Below are positions 50,701-61,229 of a stretch of 64,000 bases of DNA, piece after piece. The stretch is from Antedon mediterranea (taxonomy: Eukaryota; Animalia; Echinodermata), in the NCBI RefSeq assembly GCF_964355755.1, contig NC_092674.1, positions 1,302,001 through 1,366,000 on the forward strand. Reading direction: 5' to 3'. Positions within the stretch are counted from its first letter, which is position 1; each line of letters begins with the position of its first letter. The notes beneath the pieces were generated by a model. That model saw only the letters and a program-made list of their open reading frames with translations, did no database searches and was not told the DNA's origin. The translations under genes were made by a program, and so were the position numbers.

Positions 50701-53700
50701 CGTGCGAGATGAGCAGGGCCTATTCTTAAACAGTATGCGAGATGAGCAGGGCCTATTCCTAAACAGCGTGCGAGATGAGCAGGGCCTATTCCTAAACAGC
50801 GTGCGAGATGAGCAGGGCCTATTCCTAAACAGCGTGCGAGATGAGCAGGGCCTATTCCTTAAACAGCGTGCGAGATGAGCATGGCCTATTCCTAAACAGT
50901 ATGCGAGATGAGCAGGGCCTATTCCTAAACAGCGTGCGAGATGAGCAGGGCCTATTCCTAAACAGCGTGCGAGATGAGCAGGCCCTATTCCTTAAACAGC
51001 GTGCGAGATGAGCAGGGCCTATTCCTAAACAGCGTGCGAGATGAGCAGGGCCTATTCCTAAACAGCGTGTGAGATGAGCAGGGCCTATTCCTAAACAGCG
51101 TGCGAGATGAGCAGGGCCTATTCCTAAACAGCGTGCGAGATGAGCAGGTCCTATTCCTAAACAGCGTGCGAGATGAGCAGGGCCTATTCCTAAACAGCGT
51201 GCGAGATGAGCAGGGCCTATTCCTAAACAGCGTGCGAGATGAGCAGGGCCTATTCCTAAACAGCGTGCGAGATGAGCAGGGCCTATTCCTAAACAGCGTG
51301 CGAGATGAGCAGGCCCTATTCCTAAACAGCGTGCGAGATGAGCAGGGCCTATTCCTAAACAGTGTGCGAGATGAGCAGGGCCTATTCCTAAACAGCGTGC
51401 GAGATGAGCAGGGCCTATTCCTAAACAGCGTGCGAGATGAGCAGGGCCTATTCCTAAACACATACATGTCTTATATATCATAGTCTCTATGTGCTCAACA
51501 TAACCTCATTAAGCTGACTTACTTACCTTTGTATTTTTAAGTATAAGTAAATCTGTGTGATTACTTCGTATTAGAAATTGTAATTTTAAACCAATACTTG
51601 TTTCTCCTGATAAAATAGCTGCTAACTTTTCCAATTTAGCCTGGTGTTCTTTTTCATCATCAGTCTAAATAATAAAAGTCAACCATTTTTTTTTACTAAA
51701 GTTATCATTATATATACATTATTATAGATTTATTTCATATCATATAAATTATGTAATTCTAAATGAGGTAAAGTAAAGAAAACTCTTAAAGCTTATTTTT
51801 TAACCCCAAAAATCTCTTGAGGACGACAATTTATTTTCATACCCAATATTTAAGCTCGATTCCCACTAGAATGTAACGCAAGGACGTAGATGCAACACAA
51901 GCGTGTTGACCAATCACAAGCGATAGTTCGATTAATTCATCACTTGAGATGCAAATCACTGCATTGTGTTACGTCTTTGCGTTGCGTCCTAGTGTGAACC
52001 AAGCTTTAATCAATGATGATATTAAGCAAAACAAAATATTTACATACCAGTTCCTTTGGTTTTGGTGTTTCTGCTGGTGTTGTATCAGATTCAGGTTTTG
52101 TTGAATCAACTTCCATTGCTTCACTAAAACATAACATAACTGATAATTAGCTTCAATGAAATCAAGTTGAATGCAACATATAATGTATAGGCAGTTATTA
52201 CTGCATTCAAATACAACTCTGTCTACACTATCAAAGTTTATGTAAAAAAAATGTGCTGTGTCCATATATGGACATGATGATGTCATATCACTAACATATT
52301 TGGGCACATCACACTTTGTCAAACTAGTTTGAAAGTGTAGACAGAGCTTTACACACACATTCTGAACACAACACATATTTTCCTTTAAAAAAATGTTTAT
52401 TAATGTAATGGTATTACTTATATAAAGAAAATCCAGAAATAACTGTGTTGCATGTAGACTGTTTGTAAAGAGATGTCCAATATGTCAAAAAAAGAAGTAA
52501 TTAGGAAATTGTTACCTTTGTTTTTCTGTATGTGGTGCTTCAGTAGCCAATGGGATTGGAGCAACCGAACGCAAGGCAGCTAACACCTTTGATAAGAAGT
52601 GTTGTGAGGCGCTGTCATACAGATCAAATCCTATTTGATAAGCCATTAACGTTTGTTCCTTTAAAAAAATATTTTAAAATAAAAAAAAACATTTAACATA
52701 ATTTCTCTGATGAATAGAAATACCATAAAATATTTGAAGGCCTTAAGCTCTATTATTCTACACTATCAAATTGTATGTGACAAAAAAGTGTGATGTACCT
52801 AAATATGGCAGTGATATGCTTACATATGGTAGTGATATGACATCATCGTGTCCATATGGGCACATCACATTTTTTTTGTCAGATAAAGTTTGATAGTGTA
52901 GACAGAGCTTAAGTGTTTTATTGTGATTTGTATACATACATGACCCTCTTTGACAAGTTTTCCCAGAATATCAGCAACAGCTTGTGAGTCATCAAGGAAG
53001 ATTAAACACTGACAAACGTTAATATAGTCTGGAACCTGAAGACTAGTATACAAATGGACTAAGACACGCAATACCTTGAAGGAAATTAAAAGCATCATTT
53101 AAATTCTAATTGTTACATGTTTATATCTTGTCATATTTTATTTTTGTGAGGGTCCCTAATGATCAGCTTCGACTGGATGGACCACCCTCGTAAAATATTG
53201 TTGAAATAAATAAATAAATTCTCTGTACAGCTGTCTGGTTAATTTGATAAAAACTATTACACTGTAACTTTTCATATACTAGGAAAGGAACTATTATGTA
53301 CTTGGTTAATTTAATGTTTACGTAAAAGAAAGTGCTCATTTTGGAAAATTATGTCATAATCATATCCCACAGCTAATCATGACTGGTACTTTGCCGTTAC
53401 CTTAGTGGTTTTAAATTAAATTAAATACAAATAGGCTCTATGCACTGTTTAACACAAGTGTAAAAAGAAAGAAAATGTTTATTGTTAAATAAACCAGGAA
53501 AAGTTTAATAAACCAAACAAATTGACCAAGACAACAGAAAAAAGTCCGAAAATGGAGTCTCACATCACCACACTGTTACACTAACTTGTCAAGAAAAGTT
53601 TACTTACAGTGTTTCTAAATTGCCTGTGTTGTATTAAAGACAGACACACTTTGAGGCTATACTGCATCATTTCAGCTCGGTTATCCTAAGACAAAAAGAA

Positions 53701-55896
53701 CAAAAATTATAATCTGTTAACAAATTAAATTAAAGCTTGTTTCCTTGGGAGAATGATTGATATTAAAATAGGATACCAAAAGTAAGTGACAAAAAAATTG
53801 TGATGAGCCCAAATATAGCAGTGATATGCCCACATATGGTAGTGACATGACATCATCATGTCCATATAATTATGGGTACATCACATAAGTGAGTGCTTAA
53901 CTGTGATGTATGTTCTGATGTATCTTTATTGGTCTCTGTAAGCATCTAGACTTTATCAATTATTTCAAGTGACCCAGAAAATTACCAACTTACAGACTGT
54001 AAAATTGCTTTTTCAAAGACATCAATTCTTCTTGTCTCCAGAGCAATGCCAATTGCTTGCTTGTATTGGCAGTCTGTGAAACATCTCTCAAACATCCTCT
54101 GCACGACGTCCTCCAAGCGAGGGTCAATAGATTGCTGATCGTCAGGGTTCTCATAGTTGTGGATTGAGCGCTTTGTGTAGAAATCAATACATTTTGCTAC
54201 AAAAAAAAGTAATTGATTTTTAAAATTGACAATGGTATGGGTATCAATGGAGATAAAAATAAAATAAGCAAAAAGCTAAATCAAAACACCTATAAAACAA
54301 CTATAACTGCAAACCTACCAATCGTTGTTTCAACGTATTCAGAAGTAGAGTTGACGTCAAAGAGTTCTCCGGCTCCGAGGGCATAGGTTAGAGAATCCTC
54401 AAATGCTCCAAGGTGATAGTACACCTGAGAAATTCAAAAAAATTTATGTTAGTGTTTTTACATTAGTATAAAAAGGAAATACATTGATGTTTCTCTACAC
54501 TATCAAACTAGTTTGACAAAAAAAAGTATGATGTGCCGAAATATGGTAGTGATATACCCAAATATGGTAGTGGTATGACATCATGATGTCCATACAGTAT
54601 ATGGGCACATCACATTTTTTTTACCACATAAAGTTTGATAGTGCAGACAGAGCTTAACAGTATAATATTGAGGCATCAAACTTTGAAAATTACTGGGAGA
54701 AAAGTTGACCTTAGAAGCAACAAGAGCGGCTAGCTTCCTTTCTGGAAAACCATCATCTTCATAGAAGACTTCTCTGCAAATAGTAATAAAACAACATTTA
54801 ATTATCATATAAAAAGTGGGAAAATTTAAAAATAAAATACTATTATTTATGTACATGTTATAAACATAAAGTTGATAAAAAATTTGTCTAGCCTATAAGA
54901 AGGCAAATGCTAAAGTGGGAAAGGTCATTGACATTTTCAACTAAAAATACATTGTTGACAGCAGGTATTATTTAATTTGATTGTGTTAAACACTTTAAAT
55001 CCTTGATTACAACCTGATAAGTTCTGCTAGACATTCTTACTAGTTGATTGCTATTAACTTACATTTTGTCAACTACATCCGAGATCTCAGCCCAGAAGTC
55101 ATCAACAATTTGATTCAATCGTTGAAGAGCAAACACCTGTAAAGAACAAATAATTGGTGGTACTGTATAGTAATATCGTGATTGTCTGTGCCTTTTTTTT
55201 AAAACTTGAATTCAATCTTCAAAAAATAACAAAAAAATAGTGTAAATAATATCTATATAATATTATGAATGTATCAATCATAAATACCTTTAGGTCACTT
55301 TCCTTTTCATCCAATAAGGATATCACACCCCCTATAAAAAAAAATTCACAATATAATAAATAGCCTAGGAATAGCTAGAAAGGTTAGCAATTTGTTAAAA
55401 AAATAAAAATAAAGGTCTGCTAAAAATCAATAAATTGTTATATAGTAATATATTATATTATTATATAGGCCTAATGAATAAATAGGCTAGGCTAGGAGGC
55501 CTAGGCCCAGGGCCTATTTAGCCTATCCCTATATTATATTTAATCATTATAATAAATATATAATTATTAAATAACTCCAAACCTGTTTTTAAACATAAAA
55601 GTCTAGGCCTAGGCCTAGATAGAATGTTTACTATTACTATTTAGTATTTTACCTTTAAATCTACCATCTCACTCTAGGAACCACCTAGCTAGCCCCTAGG
55701 CCTATAGTGATTGGACTTGTGTACCCTTTCTCCTCGACTCATCCCGGCCCACTGCACTTAAAAATGAGTGACTGAGCAAGATTTGAAGAAAATCTTGAGG
55801 GGTCACTCATCATAAACAGTTTCACAAACATTTTCAAACAGTTTTATAAAATTATATATTGTAGAAATGTACTATACCTGCAGATGTTATCTTCAT
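35778..55896 (-). CDS. PSMD1: 26S proteasome non-ATPase regulatory subunit 1 (Rpn2), about 1039 aa, 23 coding exons
   Basis: Exons 55878-55896, 55288-55331, 55063-55136, 54710-54773, 54319-54424, 53994-54196, 53608-53685, 52940-53074, 52516-52658, 52048-52123, 51527-51664, 50161-50249, 49659-49911, 49062-49250, 48852-48911, 48339-48559, 38284-38398, 37777-37893, 37466-37568, 37008-37351, 36537-36923, 36173-36257 and 35778-35854 sum to 3120 nt. Motifs: [45 protein letters not shown] repeats ([34 protein letters not shown]), [14 protein letters not shown] and [10 protein letters not shown]. Confidence 0.96.
38878..39492. repeat. Purine-rich low-complexity repeat with 22-24 bp units
   Basis: (gaggaagacaggaagtagaaga/gg)n, almost all A/G on the + strand. 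Confidence 0.9.
41017..41160. mobile_element. MITE family A copy
   Basis: taa|agctctgtttacacta...tagtgtagacagagct|taa. Confidence 0.88.
42534..42714. mobile_element. MITE family A copy
   Basis: Full TIRs with three internal aaatatggtagtgatatg subrepeats. Confidence 0.88.
43653..43830 (+). repeat. About 51-bp degenerate tandem repeat, 4 copies, each with a CCAAT box
   Basis: agccaatgaaaatgcttcattc, agccaatcaaaatgcttcattc, agccaatcagaatatttcattc and tgccaatcagaatgctttaatc. Confidence 0.75.
44190..44378. mobile_element. MITE family D (second copy at about 48712-48840)
   Basis: Inverted ends ctc(c/t)(c/t)aataccagac / gtctggtattggaagagttactg and a shared ataccagacttttcttgag core in both copies. 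Confidence 0.6.
44945..45640. repeat. 65-bp tandem repeat, about 10 copies, immediately upstream of the nested GPCR ATG
   Basis: Unit ttgaatatgcatgagatggtttacatttacagtataacaacagtggaaaccatgatttgcatcta, with degenerate flanking copies. Confidence 0.93.
45681..47241 (+). CDS. HTR2: 5-HT2-like aminergic GPCR (about 417 aa) nested antisense in a PSMD1 intron
   Basis: Exons 45681-45969 and 46277-47241 (phase 1). Motifs: NWP...[31 protein letters not shown]3 Asp in [55 protein letters not shown] and C-terminal -ETHV. These are 5-HT2-type signatures. Confidence 0.88.
49488..49626. mobile_element. MITE family A copy
   Basis: agctctgtctaccctatcaaac...gtttgatagtgtagacagagct in a PSMD1 intron. Confidence 0.85.
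50499..51458. repeat. 33-bp minisatellite, about 29 copies, in a PSMD1 intron
   Basis: Unit cagcgtgcgagatgagcagggcctattcctaaa, with occasional single-base indels and agtatgcg variants. Confidence 0.96.
51852..52005. mobile_element. MITE family B copy
   Basis: agctcgattcccactagaatgtaacgcaaggacgta...gcgttgcgtcctagtgtgaaccaagct, homologous to 13091-13269. Confidence 0.8.
52746..52909. mobile_element. MITE family A copy
   Basis: Family A core and a right TIR, 30 bp from a PSMD1 donor. Confidence 0.85.
54490..54654. mobile_element. MITE family A copy
   Basis: ctacactatcaaactagtttgac...gtttgatagtgcagacagagct. Confidence 0.85.
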
Positions 55897-56100
55897 GACC
55901 CCAAATTCCTTTAGAAAGAATTTATTTAAATATAAAAATGAATTTTAAACTTATTTTATAATCGAGTGTACTACCAAACCGGCATGAATGACTATTATAA
56001 TTTGTTGCCAGAATAATCAAATATTTTCCGCCCAATAATTTACTAACAATGCGCCCTCTATATTTCAAACTACATTTCATTATAAGATCTTTGATTTCAT

Positions 56101-56510
56101 CAAAGAACTTATAACACAAGAATCTCCTGTTCGTCCGAAGCGCGTAACAATTTCGAAAGGCATTGTGGGATAGAATAGAGCTATGGGTGGCGCCATTGTG
56201 AGCCATGGAGTAGGGCGCCCGCATCAAATTAGAAAGTCAAAATCATAGAGGGGTTCTGCTAATGCTCTAGGGGGTATAGAGTAATTGACTGAGGAGTAGG
56301 GCGCCCGCATCAAATTAGAAAGTCAAAATCATAGAGGGGTTCTGCTAATGCTCTAGGGGGGTAGAGTAATTGACTTCCTAGTTTGGAGGGGGCGCTGCTC
56401 CATGCTGTGAAATGGCGTCGCCCAGTTTGACCTTTTAACCCTGTACTTCCGATACTGTGTTTTGAATGCAAAATTGAAGAACAGGAGATTCTTGTGTTAT
56501 AAGTTCTTTG
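56101..56510. mobile_element. 410-bp non-autonomous TIR element (P-superfamily-like) in the PSMD1/oxidase bidirectional promoter
   Basis: Perfect 32-bp TIR caaagaacttataacacaagaatctcctgttc (56101-56132 and 56479-56510), 7-bp TSD atttcat (56094-56100 and 56511-56517), and an internal 86-bp-period direct repeat at 56207-56375. Confidence 0.88.
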
Positions 56511-58417
56511 ATTTCATCCAGTACGACGTCCCCACACAGGACAGCCTCGGTGGTGCAGGAGGAGAGGTATAAAAATAAGATTTTTTAAGATTTTGGGGGT
56601 TTTTTTTCGTATTTTTAAATACAATCTTGATGTACTTTATACAGAAACTCCACTACAAGATGAAATACTGTGCAATGTTATTTCAGGAGTCGATATTTAT
56701 GAATTAATGTCATTAGGAATATCATCTCATGTCAAATTATTACATAATTATTTCAGAGGGAGGTAGGCCTACCTCCTGATTATTTGAGGTTTTTTTGTCT
56801 GATTTTTATGTAAACAAACAAAAATTGCATTTTCAGTTTCACAAGGATTTAAATATGAGTATAAACCAAGAGTATGGCAAAGTATGTGTGGTTGGCTGCG
56901 GTATTATAGGGCTATCTACCGCCATTGTCATCCAACAACAGAATCCTAACACACATGTCACTATCATTGCTGACAAGTTGTCACCAGATACTACAAGTGA
57001 TGGTGCTGCAGGATTGTGGGAACCTAAGTTGGAAGGTGGTAGATCTCACCAAGATAATCAAATGAGGTATTCATGCTGATTCAAGATATAATTGTCCCCC
57101 TGAAAACAATAATATTTTAATTTTTTCATAATTATTCACTTTGACCAGAAATTGGAAATTATTTACCTGAAAAAACTGTCGCAAACAATAATCAAAATTG
57201 ACTGGAAGTCAATGGGTTTTTTGTTAAATTTTTTTTTTTTTAACTTTTTTTTTCTTAATGAAATAATTATTTTTATTTAAAAAAATTGCATTTCTATCAA
57301 AGTGAAAACATTAATAATAAAACTGCAAATTAGGCTATTAAAAATCTGATTTATAAAACTTTATTTTTCATGATTTTTGGTGGACATCTTTAAATAAACA
57401 AGAAATTTCCTAGCCTGAAATTATATAAACGTGCATAGGTAATTTTACTTTTATCTAAATTTCTCTGTACATTACAATCATAATTGACTTCTATTGATCA
57501 CAACAAGTTTTTCAATTCCACGAATAACCAAAGAACTCTTTTCTTTAAGTGACTGGATTTTACGGACTGGAAAATATCTGGAATCAATTACACAGAGTAA
57601 AGAGTCAGTAGCGGCCAGTGTGACAATTTTATCGGGTTATTATCTCAGCAATAAGCAAGAACAGGTAAGAATATGCAATTTCTCCGCAACACAATAATTT
57701 GAATTTAGTTCCAAAAAGTGGAATTATTTTCAGTGTGCTTTCTTTGCAGTTGGACGACTGTTCTGAAAAGTTTTATGGCTGCAGAAAGCTTGATGCGAAA
57801 GAGATGACTGCATTTTTTCCAAACTACAGGTGAAACAAAATATTTAAAAAAATAAACATTTGTCTAAATACCTGACCACTGTAGTAAGGCTAATTTACAC
57901 AGACGATCGATATAGGCCTATACAGTACTATTATATCATTTATTAGAGTTTCGTTTTAAAGTCGACTGTACTGTGAATAAATTTTTAATTTTTAGCAATG
58001 GATGGCTTTTGACATCATTTCAAGTGGAGGGTAGAACATAATTACCATGGTTGTTGAATAAGTGAGTTATGCCTACATTTTACAAAATAACTTGTTCATA
58101 GTATGTGTCAGAGAGCAGTATAATCAACAAAGATGCACATTATTGCTGCAGACCTTTGTGTGACATTCTACATAGGCCTAACTCTCCCAAATCTTGTACT
58201 AGTCGAAACACCTGTTTCCAAAATGAATGCAGTGAAAGTTTTGACAATTCTAAACATTCTTATGTTAACTAACTTTAGTCGATCAAAATCTTTTAGATTT
58301 AAAGAAAATGGTGGCAATCTTGTGAAAAGAAGACTCAATTCCATATCAGAGGTTAGTATGAAATTACGTCATACCAGGGATATTCCCATACTATATATTT
58401 TTTTTGTGACTAGTCTC

Positions 58418-58912
58418 AATTGTCGTATTTGATTGGGAACTTTCGTTGTCAACATAAAGATTCGTTGAGTAGTACTGTTTGTTTTTGAATGGTAATTGTA
58501 AACAGAAAATCATTCAAATAGAAAACGAACAATGAAAACTTGTTCGTTAAGAACAATCTTAACACTCAAAATATTCTGTTAAATAAGTACTCAACGGAAA
58601 AACTATCGCATCGACAATTGTCAGTCCTAAACCATTCCCGCATTGGTCAGGCAAACATTTGGTGTTCAATGAAAATAGAATACAATTGTCGTATTCGATT
58701 TAGACTTCCCACCGTTGAGTACAGTTTTTCCGTTGAGTACTTCTTTAACGGAGTATTTTGAGCGTTGAGATTGTTCTTAACGAAAAAGCTTTCGTTGTCA
58801 ACGTTTTCTATTCGAATGACTTTCTGTTGAGCACAAATTTACAATTCGAATACAAAAAGTACTCAACGAATCTTTACGTTGACAACGAAAGTTCCCAATT
58901 GAATACGACAAA
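58418..58912. mobile_element. Foldback-type element with long inverted arms
   Basis: ttgtcgtatt..attgggaactttcgttgtcaacataaagattcgttgagta is mirrored by tactcaacgaatctttacgttgacaacgaaagttcccaattgaatacgacaa. Inner arms such as ttcgttaagaacaatct/agattgttcttaacgaa also pair. Confidence 0.85.
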
Positions 58913-59044
58913 TATATTTTCAACATGTGGAAATGGAGAAAACAATTTTTTTAGATTTATTTAAATGTTTTTCTTTAGATATTTGGTGAATATGATATCA
59001 TAGTGAATTGCGCTGGATTAGGAGCGGGCAAACTAGTGAATGAT

Positions 59045-59250
59045 GATTCTGTTCATCCAATCAGAGGTCAGGTTATACGGGTTAGTTACAAATTAAGATT
59101 CTGTTTATCCAATCAGAGATCAGGTTATACGGGTTAGTTAAAATTTAAGATTCTGTTTATCCAATCATAGGCCAGGTTTATAGGGTTAGTTACAAATTAA
59201 GATTCTATTTATCCAATCAGAGGTCAGGTTATACGGGTTAGTTACAAATT
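59045..59250 (+). repeat. 52-bp tandem repeat, 4 copies, copying the 3' end and donor of oxidase exon 6
   Basis: Unit gattctgtttatccaatcagaggtcaggttatacgg|gttagttacaaattaa starts at 59045, 59097, 59149 and 59201. Confidence 0.9.
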
Positions 59251-60615
59251 ATTTAATAATCGTGGAACTGTACATTGTTGTGCCATCTTTTACAGAGACA
59301 TATATTCAAGAAATTGTATTGATCCCTAATATCGGCGGAACTGTCAAAACATTACATTGCCCTTGCCTGTTTTGTAGTGTCCCCTTAATAGAAGTGTCAC
59401 CTGGATATAAGGTATCTAAAAAGAAGGGTCTACTGTACAACTTTCCTCTGAAATGTGTATAGGCCTACAGTAATACAGAAACCTGACATTAATAATACTG
59501 TACTATTTTATGATCATACTGTACACTATTTTATTCAATTGATGACCAAGTGTTTGGTTTTTTTTTTCAGGTCAAGGCACCATGGGTGAAACATTTTATT
59601 ATTGACATTGATGATAAGTATGATGGCTCTGTCCATATTATACCATGGTAAAAAATAATGTTTTTTTTTTTGCAATTGTCAATTTTTCTTTTTTTTCTAA
59701 ATTCTTTGATTGAACCGACGAATTAGCACCGCAACACAAATGCATTACTATGATACAACATTTTTTTAGTTTGTTTTATGATGAATTCAATTCAATAAAT
59801 ATGTTGTTAATTATTAAATAGATAAAAATATAATAAATCATTTCATAAACAGTTTAAAACTATACTGTAAATATTAACTGAAGTATAGTCATTTTGACAT
59901 GGGGTCCCTTGGGAAAGATTTCTCATCCACATTGTGGGCAAATGGCGTAGGTTGTCACTTAAGATCGCCTAATACTTAATATAGTGCTACACAGATGATG
60001 ATCAAATTAAGAGGATCGAAACGTCAAATCATGACTTCCCTCTCATTATGTAAAAACACACATCAGATTTTTTTTGTTTATGATGATTCTCTTTCCAGTC
60101 GAAATACAGTTCTAGTTGGCAAAAGTGTTCAAAAGAACAATTGGAATTTAAAAGTCGATAAAAATGACAGGAAAGAAATTTGGAGAAGTGCTGTAAACAT
60201 GTTCCCAAGTATATCTGTTAGTAATCTCTGCTTGTTTATTTTTTTTTGGAAATGAACCATCCTATCTTTCTTCAAGGCACACCCATAAACAATTAAAGAC
60301 AATGAGAATATGTTGTAACCAAATGTGTTGCCATTTTAGTGAAATTTGGTGGCAGTACTCGACACAAAGGGACCTTTAAGGGAGTAGAATGTTATGGTAT
60401 GTGTCGTCCACACCTGTGCACAATTCAGCCCAGTAGGCTGCAAGTTGCAGGTTATTCGCCCATTTACATTTACAATAGAAATATTTTTGTTTTCGTAGCA
60501 CGCTGAATTAGATCATGAATGGGTAGGACTGCGACCAGGCAGGCCAACTGTTCGTCTTGAACGAGAAACCATCAATATAGATGGTAACATTGTACCGGTA
60601 AGTACAAAGTTTAAT

Positions 60616-60651
60616 CATGGAGGTATAAAATATTATTGTTTTACCTCCATG
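60616..60651. mobile_element. 36-bp TIR-only insert with a 7-bp TSD (P-like excision footprint)
   Basis: gtttaat|catggaggtataaaatattattgttttacctccatg|gtttaat. Confidence 0.7.
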
Positions 60652-61229
60652 GTTTAATTCACTATAGCCAATAGTAGATTGTAATATTAATAGTAGACTG
60701 TAATGCCAGAAGGCAAATTTCATTTACTGTGTATTTGACAATAAATTTTAACTTGAACTTGAACAGTTACTAGTTTTGATATGTTATTTACTTTAGTTTA
60801 GAAATGTTTTCTTGAATTCGTTAAAAAATACTTTATATTATACATTATGCATTTATTTACCACATTTGCAAACTCATGTTTGTCTCCATAATACAATCAT
60901 TGACCATGGTTTGCTAGTATAGGTCCTTTTTATTTTAATTAATTTTGTTAAATAATTAGTGAAATCAAACAAATTCGCTTTCTAGAAGGTCATCCTCACG
61001 TTTTGTTGTGAATAATTATAATGTTTGTATTTTGTAGATTGTTCATAATTATGGACATGGTGGACGAGGTGTTAGCATGTCATGGGGCTGTGCCGAAGAT
61101 GCTGCTAAACTTGTTCAAGACATCATAGACGAGGAGAAACAAAGGACCATAAAGAGCAAGCTATAGGCCCTTGTGATGGAACACATTATTATTTAAAAAC
61201 GTTGCATTTACAAAATTACTGTACAATAC

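Larger units (their letters stand above)
56855..61166 (+). pseudogene. DDO: D-amino acid / D-aspartate oxidase family gene (about 350 codons) with one in-frame TAA: null allele, young pseudogene or base error
   Basis: Exons 56855-57066, 57550-57664, 57750-57829, 57996-58061, 58297-58351, 58979-59080, 59571-59647, 60099-60216, 60499-60597 and 61038-61166 sum to 1053 nt. Motifs: [67 protein letters not shown]...SWGCA and PTS1 -SKL. The TAA at 58039-58041 falls in EGRT*LPWL. The family call is strong; DDO versus DAO and pseudogene status are uncertain. Confidence 0.75.

Noticed and set aside
50543-51483. Long ORFs on both strands ([22 protein letters not shown])
   Set aside because: They arise from a stop-free 33-bp repeat in a PSMD1 intron and are broken by indels.
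57734-57766. Apparent second premature stop in the oxidase gene
   Set aside because: It appears only if the AG at 57732-57733 is used. The acceptor at 57748-57749 gives an open, family-like frame.
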